A stretch of 64,000 nt of DNA from Ascidiella aspersa. Lineage: Eukaryota. Shown piece by piece: positions 50,363 to 62,734 of the stretch. Both the position numbers and the translations under genes were made by a program. Location: contig OZ004613.1 of assembly GCA_963924565.1 (NCBI GenBank), forward strand, positions 25,048,001 through 25,112,000, given 5' to 3'. Every line of letters begins with the position of its first letter. Within the stretch, counting starts at the first letter, position 1. The notes beneath the pieces are model-generated. The model worked only from the letters and a program-made list of their open reading frames with translations, was not told the DNA's origin and did no database searches.

Positions 50363-53178
50363 TCAATAGTAGACGTAGTAGTTTCCGCAGGTGCTGAGCT
50401 TGTAGTACGAGCTACGGCTGTAAAATGGAGAATAGTGTATGTTTATGGAAACTACAAATCGCAATGTGACTAAATCAAGACAACTAGAGACTCTTTAAAA
50501 AAGAACGAGTTGAACTAATTGCAATGATATGAATCCTAATTGTAAATATGAAACAGAAATTAATGTATTTATATATGAGTTGCAATACTCACCAGTACTG
50601 GGTGTAGTAGTAGCAGTAGGACTGGCTGGTGGGGTAGCACACACTCCAGCGAAGGTATCCTCCGAACATGTATCTGGGGTAGCAGTAAGAGACTCTGCAC
50701 TTGGAGCAGCAAGAGAAGTGCTGGACAAGGGCGGGGATCAGCTTAGCGTAGTAAGCATCGAACTCAGCCATAACAACGTTGCAGCCAGAGACAAGCTTGT
50801 TGGCGTAGGCGGAACGGGATTGGGAGACGTAATACAAGTTGTAGTAGTACTCTCCGTGGAACTTCTCGAGCATTTCGTTGTACTTGTTCCAGTGGGCGAC
50901 CTTGGCCTGCAATCCGATAAAGCAATATGTTGAATATATAATACTTTCATATCGTTATATTCAAATTGCAACTTACATCCCACATAGCGTCGTAGAAAGC
51001 GGTCCTCTTGGCGTCACGGTCATCTTCGAGCTTCTTCTTGTAAGCAGCAATGGAGGCGGCCCTCTTGCTAAGGCATGTGCTGTACTTTCCGATGACGGAC
51101 TTGATGAGCTCAGCGGCCTTGGTCTTGTAAGCGGCGATGCTCTTGTCGAAGGTGTCCACGCATTCGATGAGCCTCTGGGAAAGTTGTTCCTTGTAGAGAG
51201 CGACGGCATCGTCAAGCTTCTTCTTGAGGTCAGCGCTAAGTTTGGCAAGCTCCATACGCTGGGCATAGGTCAAATAGGTGCTGCCGTTCCTGTATTACAA
51301 AACTGGTTATCTATTTGTTCAAACATAAATAAAGGTAGTTTTTGGTTTAGTGAACTTACTGGCACACGAAGTAGGAGTACTTCATTCTGTAGATGAAGGC
51401 GTGTCTCTCCTTAATGATGGCCTCGTATTTTTCAAGGTATTCGTTGTGGTATCCGATCCACTTGAGCTTCCAGGCAACGAAGGTAGCGGTGTAAGATTTG
51501 ACGAATTCGTCAACCTTGGCCTGCATTTCGGATTCAATCACAGCGGGGGTCTTATGAAGGGCATTGAGATCTGAAAGAAAATAATGTCATTGCATCATCT
51601 GATAATATACAATTAGATAAAAGTAATGTCTACTTACCACAAGTCTTCAAGTTCTTGAAAGTCATTCCCCTGAAGCAGTAACGGAAAGCACACAAGTTGA
51701 ATCCAACGCGGCAGTATTTGCGGCTGAAGGAATACCAGCATCCGAGGGAGGCACTAAAAATACAATAACATTAGATATGACACTATTTTACAAATCTTAT
51801 ATGACTTATTGAATCGCACCATCCGTTGTAGTAGCTCTTCTTGTAGAAGTTGAGGCATCCGTTGGTCATGTAACAGCGGTAAGAACAAGTGTAGAATCCG
51901 ATGAGCTTAGACTTGTAGGAGTTAAGTTTGGTGGTGTACTCGGCCATGCATCCACGAGCAATGTTGAGTTCGCTGTTGTAGTAGTATGAGGTGACGTAGT
52001 TGATGTAGTAGTCGGTGGTGCTCTTAGTGCCTGGTAATCAAAAGTAAGGCATTCATTGTATTTTAAATCATTCAAGGTAATTCGAAATGAACTGAAAACA
52101 ATTACAAATAAACTTACAGTAAATTTTCTGCAAAAGGTTCCTGTAGTAGCTGGTCTTGGTGGTGGCAACAGCAACCTTGAACTTCCAGAAGTTGGCAACG
52201 TAAGAAGCGATCCTCTTCTCCAAAGCGGTCTTGTATTCGGCGATCTTGGTGAGACGAGTTTCAAGGCACTTCTTGGCACTGAGAAGGAATCATTTGTCAT
52301 TTAGCATTATTTTGATTTACATTAGTTAAATTTAATCCTTACTTTTCGACAATCTTGGCGTGGAAGTCGATGATCATCTGAAGCTTCTTGCTGAGCAAAG
52401 CGTTGTAAGCAACCAAGGCGTCGTATCTCATTTTGATAAGCTTGGCGGTGTATTCAACGATCTTCTCATCCCGCTCCTTGATAAGGGCATCCCTGTCAGC
52501 AGTGGCGCAGCTGAAAACGAATATAACGCAAAAGTCAGCAGTGTATTTTTTAAAACTTAAACTAGAAGGGAGATAAATTAATGTAGAAAGTTATTACTTT
52601 ATATGAAAAAAGCGATATATAAAAATTGTCTTTCTGTAACTTACGACATCTTGTAGTCGTAGTAGATGGTGATGAACTTCTTGTAGGCTTCGATGTATTC
52701 GTTGGTCTTCTCGTAAAGAGCGTTGTACCAGGCAACACGCTTGGCAATCATCTCACTGGAGATCTTGAAAAGACTCTCCTTGAGGAGGTTCTTAAGTTCT
52801 TCAACGACATCATCGACGGATTTCTCTGCACACAAGAGAAGTTTGAGTCTCTTGTTTTGAGAAAAATTTGTTGCATTTACCGTTTACTTACCAGACCATC
52901 CGGTCTTTCCGCAAGTATCATCGGGGTAAACCTTCAAGATGGGCTGGTAGAATTTGGTGGAACACCAGGCGCTGTTGAAACTGATGCTAAACCTGTAGAA
53001 GGAGGAGCAGGGGAACACATTGAAGTTGCGTCCGCAGTAGTAGGAGTAGTTGCATTGATATGCGTTGGTGGCCTGCAAAGAAACAATACGTTATTTATTG
53101 ACGATACATTTATTATTCAAATGTAGTACGTTTATTACTTACTGCAATGCAAGCCAAGAGAACGAGTAATAACTTCAT
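50363..53178 (-). CDS. Secreted Tyr/Cys/Lys-rich helical protein, copy A; 11 exons, ~648 aa; no recognisable family domain
   Basis: Minus-strand join 53178-53143,53072-52892,52825-52645,52510-52343,52278-52118,52030-51820,51753-51638,51570-51360,51289-50977,50906-50593,50417-50363 = 1947 nt. All introns are GT-AG (mostly ~65-90 nt) and phases are consistent. Starts MKLLLVLLACIAATNA (signal peptide) and ends CGNYYVYY*. Strong C/G-ending codon bias. Confidence 0.92.
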
Positions 53179-53220
53179 CGCTGTCGTTTTTCAACTTTCC
53201 TTCTTGGATAATCGAAACTG

Positions 53221-53255
53221 GACTGATTTCTTGTTTAAATCTCCCTGGTTATATA
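53221..53255 (-). promoter_or_regulatory. TATA box plus initiator core promoter of copy A
   Basis: Minus-strand TATATAA at 53255-53249 and TCAGTC Inr at 53226-53221; A(+1) lies 31 nt from the first T of TATA and 46 nt before the ATG. Confidence 0.75.
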
Positions 53256-53619
53256 GGCTTTTCCCGGACTTAGTTGCACGGACAAAAGACACAAATTGTG
53301 CACTCGAAGTGGTATTGTTTTGCCTGGCGCTCATCAGAGCAAAGTAGTTTTCCATTTCAAATTGGTTGTTTGCACAGTATAACAACCTCTTACTGCATGT
53401 TGGTGTCGAAGCTGCAGTAGAGTGGCGGTTTCCATAGATCTGTTTTGCAAAATAGTTCTTAGATGAGCGATGAGTGGTCCTGCTGAGCTACATTATTTTC
53501 GTAATTTTATGTTTGTTCTGTAAATCGTCAAATTAAACCCTATTGCGATTGGATTGCATAAAACAACATTACTGGCACTTATTCCGTTACGGCAGTGGAA
53601 CAATTCACCCTGCATCAAT

Positions 53620-54720
53620 GAAGGGTGTTTGTTCAACGCATTTGACTATTTTTCATCGCGACATCCTTTTTATTAGGGCTGTTTGTTCAAGATACATTGC
53701 CTAGAACAGCGTTGTTTCTTTAACACGTTCGGCTGTTTTTTCATCGCATATCCAAGTGGTTTAGAATGCGGATGTTGGACTTGGATCGAATATTCTTTAG
53801 GATAACAAGCGTTATTTGATGCTGACGAATTACTTGCAGCCAGGTAAAAAACAAAACAAAATATAACTGATTTTGCTAACGATACCCAGGGGTAAATACA
53901 ATCGTGTTTGTTCTGAGGGCAGAGAGGTTTTTGTTGTAACACACCCACTCCTGGATAAACATTCATTCTTCTATTAATACTACACGAACATTTCGTATTT
54001 CTTTTAAAATTTGCAATATGACCTTTACGTTATTAAAGCCGTTTGTTCAAGATACATTGCGCAGGGTTGTTTCTGTAAATCGTTCGGCTGTTTTTTCATC
54101 GCGACATCCAAGTGGTTTAGAATGCGGATGTTGGACTTGGATCGAATCTTCTTTAGGATAACAAGCGTTATTTGATGCTGGCGGAATATGTTCAACCAGG
54201 TAAAAATAAACAACAAATATAGCTGAATTTGTTAACGGTACACACGGGTAAATATTGTGTTTGTTGTGAGATAGGAGAGGCTCTTGTAGTAACACTGGCG
54301 GTCCTGGAAAAACAGTTTTTTATCGAACCAACCAGAATAACTCGTATCTTTTTTAAAATTTGCAATAGTATCGACATCTACGTTATCAGGGCCGTTTGTG
54401 TAATTTATATTGCCTATAGAGCAATTAAGGGTGTTTGCTTAACGCGCTCGGCTGATTTTGTTTCGCCGAATCCAAGTGGTTACAATTGCGGATGTTGGAC
54501 TTGGATCAAATCTTGTTTAGGATAATAAGCGTTATTTGTAACTGGCAGAATAATGTAAAAGAGTAAAGCAAACAAGTAGAGATGTCCGAATGTGCATACG
54601 ATTGTACATACGGCGCGTCCCAACAACAGCTAGATATAATTGTTTTGGTTTGGGCAAAGGTTCTTAAATTTGGCCCTTCCAGGAAAACCTTTCCTTTTAA
54701 TATACAGATAGCTCGGATCT
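53620..54720. repeat. ~360 bp diverged tandem repeat (about 3 units) upstream of copy A
   Basis: Core CCAAGTGGTT(T/A)..A.TGCGGATGTTGGACTTGGATC recurs at ~53752, ~54108 and ~54472. Confidence 0.85.
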
Positions 54721-55223
54721 GTTTTAACATTTCAGGACTGTTTTCCTTCGTTTGATATTTTCTTATTTAGCCTTCAAGAATATTACATGTAGTATATTGT
54801 TCACCACTTTTATCATTTTTTATCACAAGTAAATATTTAGTTTCTTTTCAGTTTTTTTTGTTCTTTTTTATGTAAAAAAAATAATGCCGATTTTGACGTA
54901 ACTGCGGTATTCTGAATTTTAGTGAGGTTGTATTAGATATTTTGTAACCTTCGTAGTTTGTTTTGCATAGCTCCCCTAGGCCTGATAAGAGTTTGTCTGA
55001 TCGTGTATTTTCCCAAGACTCTTTACTCTATTATTTGTACACAAACCAGCCATGCATAAGACTAACGCATGTTTGGCGTGATATGAATAGGTTCATGTTT
55101 TTATTGGTGTATTAAAAAAAATTTGAAACTATTTTGTCGCACTGTAAACAGCAAATATAGGCCACACAATTTCCTACAAATATGCCGTATCGTATAGTAT
55201 GCATTTCAAAAACTGCAATTTGC

Positions 55224-55658
55224 CAGTCTTGTAATGACGCACTTAAGTCGTTTTGGTAAAATAAATTGACTTGCCCTAATTCGTTTTTGACAAGTGATTT
55301 GACTTGGGCTTAAGTCTTGAGTATAATGAGTTAGGTTTAAATTTATAAGCGTTTTTTTCAACAATTATTTATAAAATTTAGCAATTTATCTTAAACTTTT
55401 CACGTAAACCAATTAAATTGCTACGATCGAGTTGTTTTTTGTTGGTATTGTTCTTGGTTTTGTTTTATAGAGATATAAGTGATTTGGCTTGAAAATTACT
55501 TGCTCTAATTATGACTCGACTGGAACTTTACTTAGACAAATAATGTTTTGAACTGGGACTTGACTTGTTAATTTCTATAGAAGAATTGCCTAAACTTCGG
55601 ATGCTTTTAAATGACTTAACTGGGACTTAAGTCTATTAAAAATGACTTCTTAACACTG
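55224..55658. mobile_element. hAT-like MITE, AAGTC/GACTT family
   Basis: CAGTCTTGTAATGAC...TAACACTG; TSD caatttgc/caattttc. Confidence 0.75.
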
Positions 55659-55948
55659 CAATTTTCATTTTGTTGTAGGTGGTGAATCCAAACTAGAACC
55701 TCTAAAATCACAGTTCATACCGAAACACATAACTGTAAACCTTTGTAAAAGCTTTTATCACTTATATGCCTATCTTTACCGAAATCGTAATAGTTGTAAC
55801 GCTCTATCGATTTGTGCAAAGGGAGATATGACTTAACCACGCATCATGTACCGCCACAAAACTAACCAAAGTCAGTCGGCCATTACCAGAGTGATCAAAC
55901 TAGTTTTAAAATCAATATGCATACTTTTGTTTTAGTGAAACTCCTAAA

Positions 55949-56317
55949 TAGATATGTCCGATATTTTACATTGTATTCCGATACCGATACCTGATATTTG
56001 AAGCAAATAACTATCGCGATCTGATCAGTTATAAAATAACGTCAATATTAGCCTATGCACAAACAACCAAAAACGTTAAGTTGAAACATTCAAAAGTATT
56101 TTTTAGCATTTTACTTAAAATTTTCTTTGACAGTTAACATTTTTCTTACTTAATTTTAGTTGAATCTACTATTTTTTTATAAAATTGCATTTAAGGTGAA
56201 ATCCGGTCTTAATTTGATATTGCACGGCGACCGATACCACTGAAGTATCGGACGAGTAGCGATACCACCACTGGCATCAGATATCGGCACCGATCCAATT
56301 TTATCGCACATTCCTAA
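55949..56317. mobile_element. CCGATA/TATCGG-rich TIR element (related remnant at ~33000-33415)
   Basis: TAGATATGTCCGATA...TATCGCACATTCCTA imperfect TIR with subterminal CCGATA repeats. Confidence 0.55.
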
Positions 56318-56529
56318 TAATGATCAAACAAGCAAAATAGATGAACATAAAACGTTCAAGGCAATTGTTACCTGGTTATTTGAACAAAATTCCCTTTAGC
56401 GTTAAGAAGTTTATTTACCTCCAGTTGTTTTTTAAATATTTTTTGACAAATTTACATTTTAAAAAAAATATCAAATTTTTACATTTTTGAAATACTAATC
56501 CAATGCTTTTACCAAAATACAAAATACGT

Positions 56530-56830
56530 GTGGGCGCGTTGGCGAAGTGGTTAGCGCCACTGACCAGCAATCCTCAGATCCGGGGCTCAACACCCGGTTG
56601 AGCACTTTACTTACGCGCGGTGCTTGTGGGCTGAGCACCTGAAAACCGTAGCCCGAAGATCAAGCAGAGAGCGCGAGTCGCGATCAAGTTAATAATCTCT
56701 GCAACAGCGCGTCTACGAGCTGAGCTGGCGGCCGTGGAAGGAGAAGAACATCTCTCACTACTTTACAGACTTGTATACATGCTAGTGCAATGTATGGTGA
56801 CGCGTGCATTGTATTGTGATGTATATGTAT
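56530..56830 (+). mobile_element. tRNA-derived SINE, second copy of the same family
   Basis: Highly similar to 48045-48335; 3' end shorter, no clear TSD. Confidence 0.85.
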
Positions 56831-57113
56831 TTCCTCCATGAACTAATACAACTGGTTTACCTATTCAAAGGTTTTTATTTTTAAGTTAACTTTCTTTTAG
56901 TTAACTTAGGGTTTTTCGTAAGTTTACTTTTAAGTATTTATTCAGATTAATATTAATTTCAGGAACAAATTTAAGTAAAAAATTCCGCCTACTAAAACCC
57001 GTAGATATAATGAAAACCAATCCATATATCTTGTGAGATATGAACAAACAATATCTTCAGCGAATATTGTTAAATTCATTACAAAATACCAAAATATTTC
57101 TAGATGTCAGTAG

Positions 57114-57744
57114 CATGGCTGTGGAGCTGAAGCCGGAGCTGGAGCCCGGAGCCCGGAGACCGGAGCCAAGCATTTACTCTGGAGCCAGAGCCGGAGCCAT
57201 TTTTATTACTTTTGTGGATCTGGAGCCGGAGCCAGAGCCCTTTTTATTATATTTGTGTAGCTTGAGCCAATTTTCTATTTGTGATGCTAAAGCTAAGAAA
57301 TTATATTTTGTTCCATCTCCAACGTTAGTTAGCCAAAAGCAATTTTTAAAACTTTTCTTTTTTAAACTTTTTAAAAAAAAAGCCATTCAATAAGTGACTG
57401 GTGGCACCGGAGCCGAAGCCGGAGTCATTGGGTGTGTGTTTGATGGCTCCGGAGCTGGAGCCGGAGCCGGAGACAAAGGATGTGAGTTTTACTACTCCGG
57501 AGCTGGAGCCGGAGCCGGAGCCAAAGGATTGAGTTGTACGACTCCGGAGCTGGAGCCGGAGCAATTTAATAATTGCCTCATGGCTCCGGAGCTGGAGCTG
57601 GAGCCGGAGTTGGAGCCGGAGCCAGAGCTGGAGCCGGAGCTGGAGCCGGAGCTGGAGCCGGAGCTGGAGCCGGAGCTGGAGCCGGAGCTGGAGCCGGAGC
57701 TGGAGCCAGAGCTAATGCTATTTTACGGTGGCTCCCCAGCCCTG
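57114..57744. mobile_element. hAT-like MITE with (GGAGCC/GGAGCT)n hexamer arrays
   Basis: Termini CATGGCTGTGGAGC and GGCTCCCCAGCCCTG; 8 bp TSD GTCAGTAG. Confidence 0.88.
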
Positions 57745-57761
57745 GTCAGTAGTCCATAATA

Positions 57762-58091
57762 CAGGGCTGGGGAGCCACCGTAAAATAGCATTAGCTCCGG
57801 CTCCAGCTCCGGAGTCGTAAAACTCATATCCTTTGGCTCCGGCTCCAGCTCCGGTGCCACCAGTCACTTATTCAATGGCAAGTTTTAAAAATTGCTTTTG
57901 GCTAACTAACTTTGGAGATGGAACAAAATATAATTTCTTAGCTTTAGCACCACAAATTGAAAAATGGCTCCAGCTCCACAAAAATAATAAAAATGGCTCC
58001 GGCTCCAGCTCCACAAAAATAATAAAAATGGCTCCGGCTCCGGCTCCAGCTCCACAAAAATAATAACAATGGCTCCGGCTCCCCAGCCCTG
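57762..58091. mobile_element. Second, shorter copy of the hexamer MITE in opposite orientation
   Basis: Perfect 15 bp TIR CAGGGCTGGGGAGCC; 8 bp TSD CCATAATA. Confidence 0.9.
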
Positions 58092-58392
58092 CCATAATAG
58101 ACCATAATTTTGAAATAAAGACATTTTTGAAAATATCTTTGAAAACTTTTCCTTTCGTATAAATTATTTCTATTTTTTCAGCGAGGCGACAGTTTTCAAA
58201 ATAGTGATCTCCCTGAACAACAAACTGTAAGTGGATTGTTGGATAAAAACAAACAACTCAAACAAATGGATGCTATAATATATTTATTCGGAAGGGGAAC
58301 ATTATATCACAGGAAGTAATATAACGAGGTAGAGACACGTTTTAAGATGGAAATTTAAATGGGCCTCTTTCCCCGGAAAGCTAAACTTCTGT

Positions 58393-61192
58393 TCAATAGT
58401 AGACGTAGTAGTTTCCGCAGGTGCTGAGCTTGTAGTAGGAGCTACGACTGTAAAATGAAGAATAATACACATATTTAAAATTTTTCTGCTCGATGATTTA
58501 GAAATATAAAAATAAGCATTTTGAAAAAGAGTCAATTTATAAATTCAACATTTGAATATAAAAAAGATAGCATGGCTATTGTATAGAGGTCTGAATAACT
58601 CACCAGTACTGGGTGTAGTAGTAGCAGTAGGACTGGCTGGTGGGGTAGCACACACTCCAGCGAAGGTATCCTCCGAACATGTATCTGGGGTAGCAGTAAG
58701 AGACTCTGCACTTGGAGCAGCAAGAGAAGTGCTGGACAAGGGCGGGGATCAGCTTAGCGTAGTAAGCATCGAACTCAGCCATAACAACGTTGCAGCCAGA
58801 GACAAGCTTGTTGGCGTAGGCGGAACGGGATTGGGAGACGTAATACAAGTTGTAGTAGTACTCTCCGTGGAACTTCTCGAGCATTTCGTTGTACTTGTTC
58901 CAGTGGGCGACCTTGGCCTGCAATGCGATAAAGCAATACAGTGAAATACAGAACATTTTTTTATATTGTTATATCTAAATTGTAACTTACATCCCACATA
59001 GCGTCGTAGAAAGCGGTCCTCTTGGCGTCACGGTCATCTTCGAGCTTCTTCTTGTATGCAGCAATGGAAGCAGCCCTCTTGCTAAGGCATGTGCTGTACT
59101 TTCCGATGACGGACTTGATGAGCTCAGCGGCCTTGGTCTTGTAAGCGGCGATGCTCTTGTCGAAGGTGTCCACGCATTCGATGAGCCTCTGGGAAAGCTG
59201 TTCCTTGTAGAGAGCGACGGCATCGTCAAGCTTCTTCTTGAGGTCAGCGCTAAGTTTGGCAAGCTCCATACGCTGGGCATAGGTCAAATAGGTGCTGCCG
59301 TTCCTGTATCACAAAACTGGTTATCTATTTGTTCAAACATAAATATTGGTAGTTTTTGGTTTAGTGAACTTACTGGCACACGAAGTAGGAGTACTTCATT
59401 CTGTAGATGAAGGCGTGTCTCTCCTTGATGATGGCCTCGTATTTTTCAAGGTATTCGTTGTGGTATCCGATCCACTTGAGCTTCCAGGCAACGAAGGTAG
59501 CGGTGTAAGATTTGACGAATTCGTCAACCTTGGCCTGCATTTCGGATTCAATCACAGCGGGGGTCTTATGAAGGGCATTGAGATCTGAAAGAAAATAATG
59601 TCATTGCATCATCTGATAATATACAATTAGATAAAAGTAATGTCTACTTACCACAAGTCTTCAAATTCTTGAAAGTCATTCCCCTGAAGCAGTAACGGAA
59701 AGCACACAAGTTGAATCCAACGCGGCAGTATTTGCGACTGAAGGAATACCAGCATCCGAGGGAGGCACTAAAAATACAATAACATTAGATATGGCACTAT
59801 TTTACAAATCTTATATGACTTATTGAATCGCACCATCCGTTGTAGTAGCTCTTCTTGTAGAAGTTGAGGCATCCGTTGGTCATGTAACAGCGGTAAGAAC
59901 AAGTGTAGAATCCGATAAGCTTAGACTTGTAGGAGTTAAGTTTGGTGGTGTACTCGGCCATGCATCCACGAGCAATGTTGAGTTCGCTGTTGTAGTAGTA
60001 TGAGGTGACGTAGTTGATGTAGTAGTCGGTGGTGCTCTTAGTGCCTGGTAATCAAAAGTAAGGCATTCATTGTATTTTAAATCATTCAAGGTAATTCGAA
60101 ATGAACTGAAAACAATTACAAATAAACTTACAGTAAATTTTCTGCAAAAGGTTCCTGTAGTAGCTGGTCTTGGTGGTGGCAACAGCAACCTTGAACTTCC
60201 AGAAGTTGGCAACGTAAGAAGCGATCCTCTTCTCCAAAGCGGTCTTGTATTCGGCGATCTTGGTGAGACGAGTTTCAAGGCACTTCTTGGCACTGAGAAG
60301 GAATCATTTGTCATTTAGCATTATTTTGATTTACATTAGTTAAATTTAATCCTTACTTTTCGACAATCTTGGCGTGGAAGTCGATGATCATCTGAAGCTT
60401 CTTGCTGAGCAAAGCGTTGTAAGCAACCAAGGCGTCGTATCTCATTTTGATAAGCTTGGCGGTGTATTCAACGATCTTCTCATCCCGCTCCTTGATAAGG
60501 GCATCCCTGTCAGCAGTGGCGCAGCTGAAAACGAATATAACGCAAAAGTCAGCAGTGTATTTTTTAAAACTTAAACTAGAAGGGAGATAAATTAATGTAG
60601 AAAGTTATTACTTTATATGAAAAAAGCGATATATAAAAATTGTCTTTCTGTAACTTACGACATCTTGTAGTCGTAGTAGATGGTGATGAACTTCTTGTAG
60701 GCTTCGATGTATTCGTTGGTCTTCTCGTAAAGAGCGTTGTACCAGGCAACACGCTTGGCAATCATCTCACTGGAGATCTTGAAAAGACTCTCCTTGAGGA
60801 GGTTCTTAAGTTCTTCAACGACATCATCGACGGATTTCTCTGCACACAAGAGAAGTTTGAGTCTCTTGTTTTGAGAAAAATTTGTTGCATTTACCGTTTA
60901 CTTACCAGACCATCCGGTCTTTCCGCAAGTATCATCGGGGTAAACCTTCAAGATGGGCTGGTAGAATTTGGTGGAACACCAGGCGCTGTTGAAACTGATG
61001 CTAAACCTGTAGAAGGAGGAGCAGGGGAACACATTGAAGTTGCGTCCGCAGTAGTAGGAGTAGTTGCATTGATATGCGTTGGTGGCCTGCAAAGAAACAA
61101 TACGTTATTTATTGACGATACATTTATTATTCAAATGTAGTACGTTTATTACTTACTGCAATGCAAGCCAAGAGAACGAGTAATAACTTCAT
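58393..61192 (-). CDS. Secreted Tyr/Cys/Lys-rich helical protein, copy B (tandem duplicate)
   Basis: Join 61192-61157,61086-60906,60839-60659,60524-60357,60292-60132,60044-59834,59767-59652,59584-59374,59303-58991,58917-58604,58447-58393. Exon sizes equal copy A; only synonymous differences noticed. Confidence 0.92.
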
Positions 61193-61234
61193 CGCTGTCG
61201 TTTTTCAACTTTCCTTCTTGGATAATCGAAACTG

Positions 61235-61269
61235 GACTGATTTCTTGTTTAAATCTCCCTGGTTATATA
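61235..61269 (-). promoter_or_regulatory. TATA box plus initiator core promoter of copy B
   Basis: Identical to the copy A promoter at +8014. Confidence 0.75.
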
Positions 61270-61633
61270 GGCTTTTCCCGGACTTAGTTGCACGGACAAA
61301 AGACACAAATTGTGCACTCGAAGTGGTATTGTTTTGCCTGGCGCTCATCAGAGCAAAGTAGTTTTCCATTTCAAATTGGTTGTTTGCACAGTATAACAAC
61401 CTCTTACTGCATGTTGGTGTCGAAGCTGCAGTAGAGTGGCGGTTTCCATAGATCTGTTTTGCAAAATAGTTCTTAGATGAGCGATGAGTGGTCCTGCTGA
61501 GCTACATTATTTTCGTAATTTTATGTTTGTTCTGTAAATCGTCAAATTAAACCCTATTGCGATTGGATTGCATAAAACAACATTACTGGCACTTATTCCG
61601 TTACGGCAGTGGAACAATTCACCCTGCATCAAT

Positions 61634-62734
61634 GAAGGGTGTTTGTTCAACGCATTTGACTATTTTTCATCGCGACATCCTTTTTATTAGGGCTGTTTGT
61701 TCAAGATACATTGCCTAGAACAGCGTTGTTTCTTTAACACGTTCGGCTGTTTTTTCATCGCATATCCAAGTGGTTTAGAATGCGGATGTTGGACTTGGAT
61801 CGAATATTCTTTAGGATAACAAGCGTTATTTGATGCTGACGAATTACTTGCAGCCAGGTAAAAAACAAAACAAAATATAACTGATTTTGCTAACGATACC
61901 CAGGGGTAAATACAATCGTGTTTGTTCTGAGGGCAGAGAGGTTTTTGTTGTAACACACCCACTCCTGGATAAACATTCATTCTTCTATTAATACTACACG
62001 AACATTTCGTATTTCTTTTAAAATTTGCAATATGACCTTTACGTTATTAAAGCCGTTTGTTCAAGATACATTGCGCAGGGTTGTTTCTGTAAATCGTTCG
62101 GCTGTTTTTTCATCGCGACATCCAAGTGGTTTAGAATGCGGATGTTGGACTTGGATCGAATCTTCTTTAGGATAACAAGCGTTATTTGATGCTGGCGGAA
62201 TATGTTCAACCAGGTAAAAATAAACAACAAATATAGCTGAATTTGTTAACGGTACACACGGGTAAATATTGTATTTGTTGTGAGATAGGAGAGGCTCTTG
62301 TAGTAACACTGGCGGTCCTGGAAAAACAGTTTTTTATCGAACCAACCAGAATAACTCGTATCTTTTTTAAAATTTGCAATAGTATCGACATCTACGTTAT
62401 CAGGGCCGTTTGTGTAATTTATATTGCCTATAGAGCAATTAAGGGTGTTTGCTTAACGCGCTCGGCTGATTTTGTTTCGCCGAATCCAAGTGGTTACAAT
62501 TGCGGATGTTGGACTTGGATCAAATCTTGTTTAGGATAATAAGCGTTATTTGTAACTGGCAGAATAATGTAAAAGAGTAAAGCAAACAAGTAGAGATGTC
62601 CGAATGTGCATACGATTGTACATACGGCGCGTCCCAACAACAGCTAGATATAATTGTTTTGGTTTGGGCAAAGGTTCTTAAATTTGGCCCTTCCAGGAAA
62701 ACCTTTCCTTTTAATATACAGATAGCTCGGATCT
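61634..62734. repeat. ~360 bp tandem repeat upstream of copy B
   Basis: Duplicate of 53620-54720. Confidence 0.85.

Noticed and set aside
50529-53126. Long + strand ORFs (134, 172 and 166 aa) and their duplicates
   Set aside because: Antisense shadows of the codon-biased minus-strand gene; splice signals and signal peptide support only the minus strand
50363-53178. Vanabin or vitellogenin/apolipoprotein identity for the secreted protein
   Set aside because: It lacks the regular C-x(2-4)-C vanabin repeat and small size, and no LLT or vWD motifs are visible
57040-58124. ORFs with (LEPE)n, (GA)n and (GS)n repeats
   Set aside because: Products of GGAGCC/GGAGCT hexamers inside TSD-flanked MITEs
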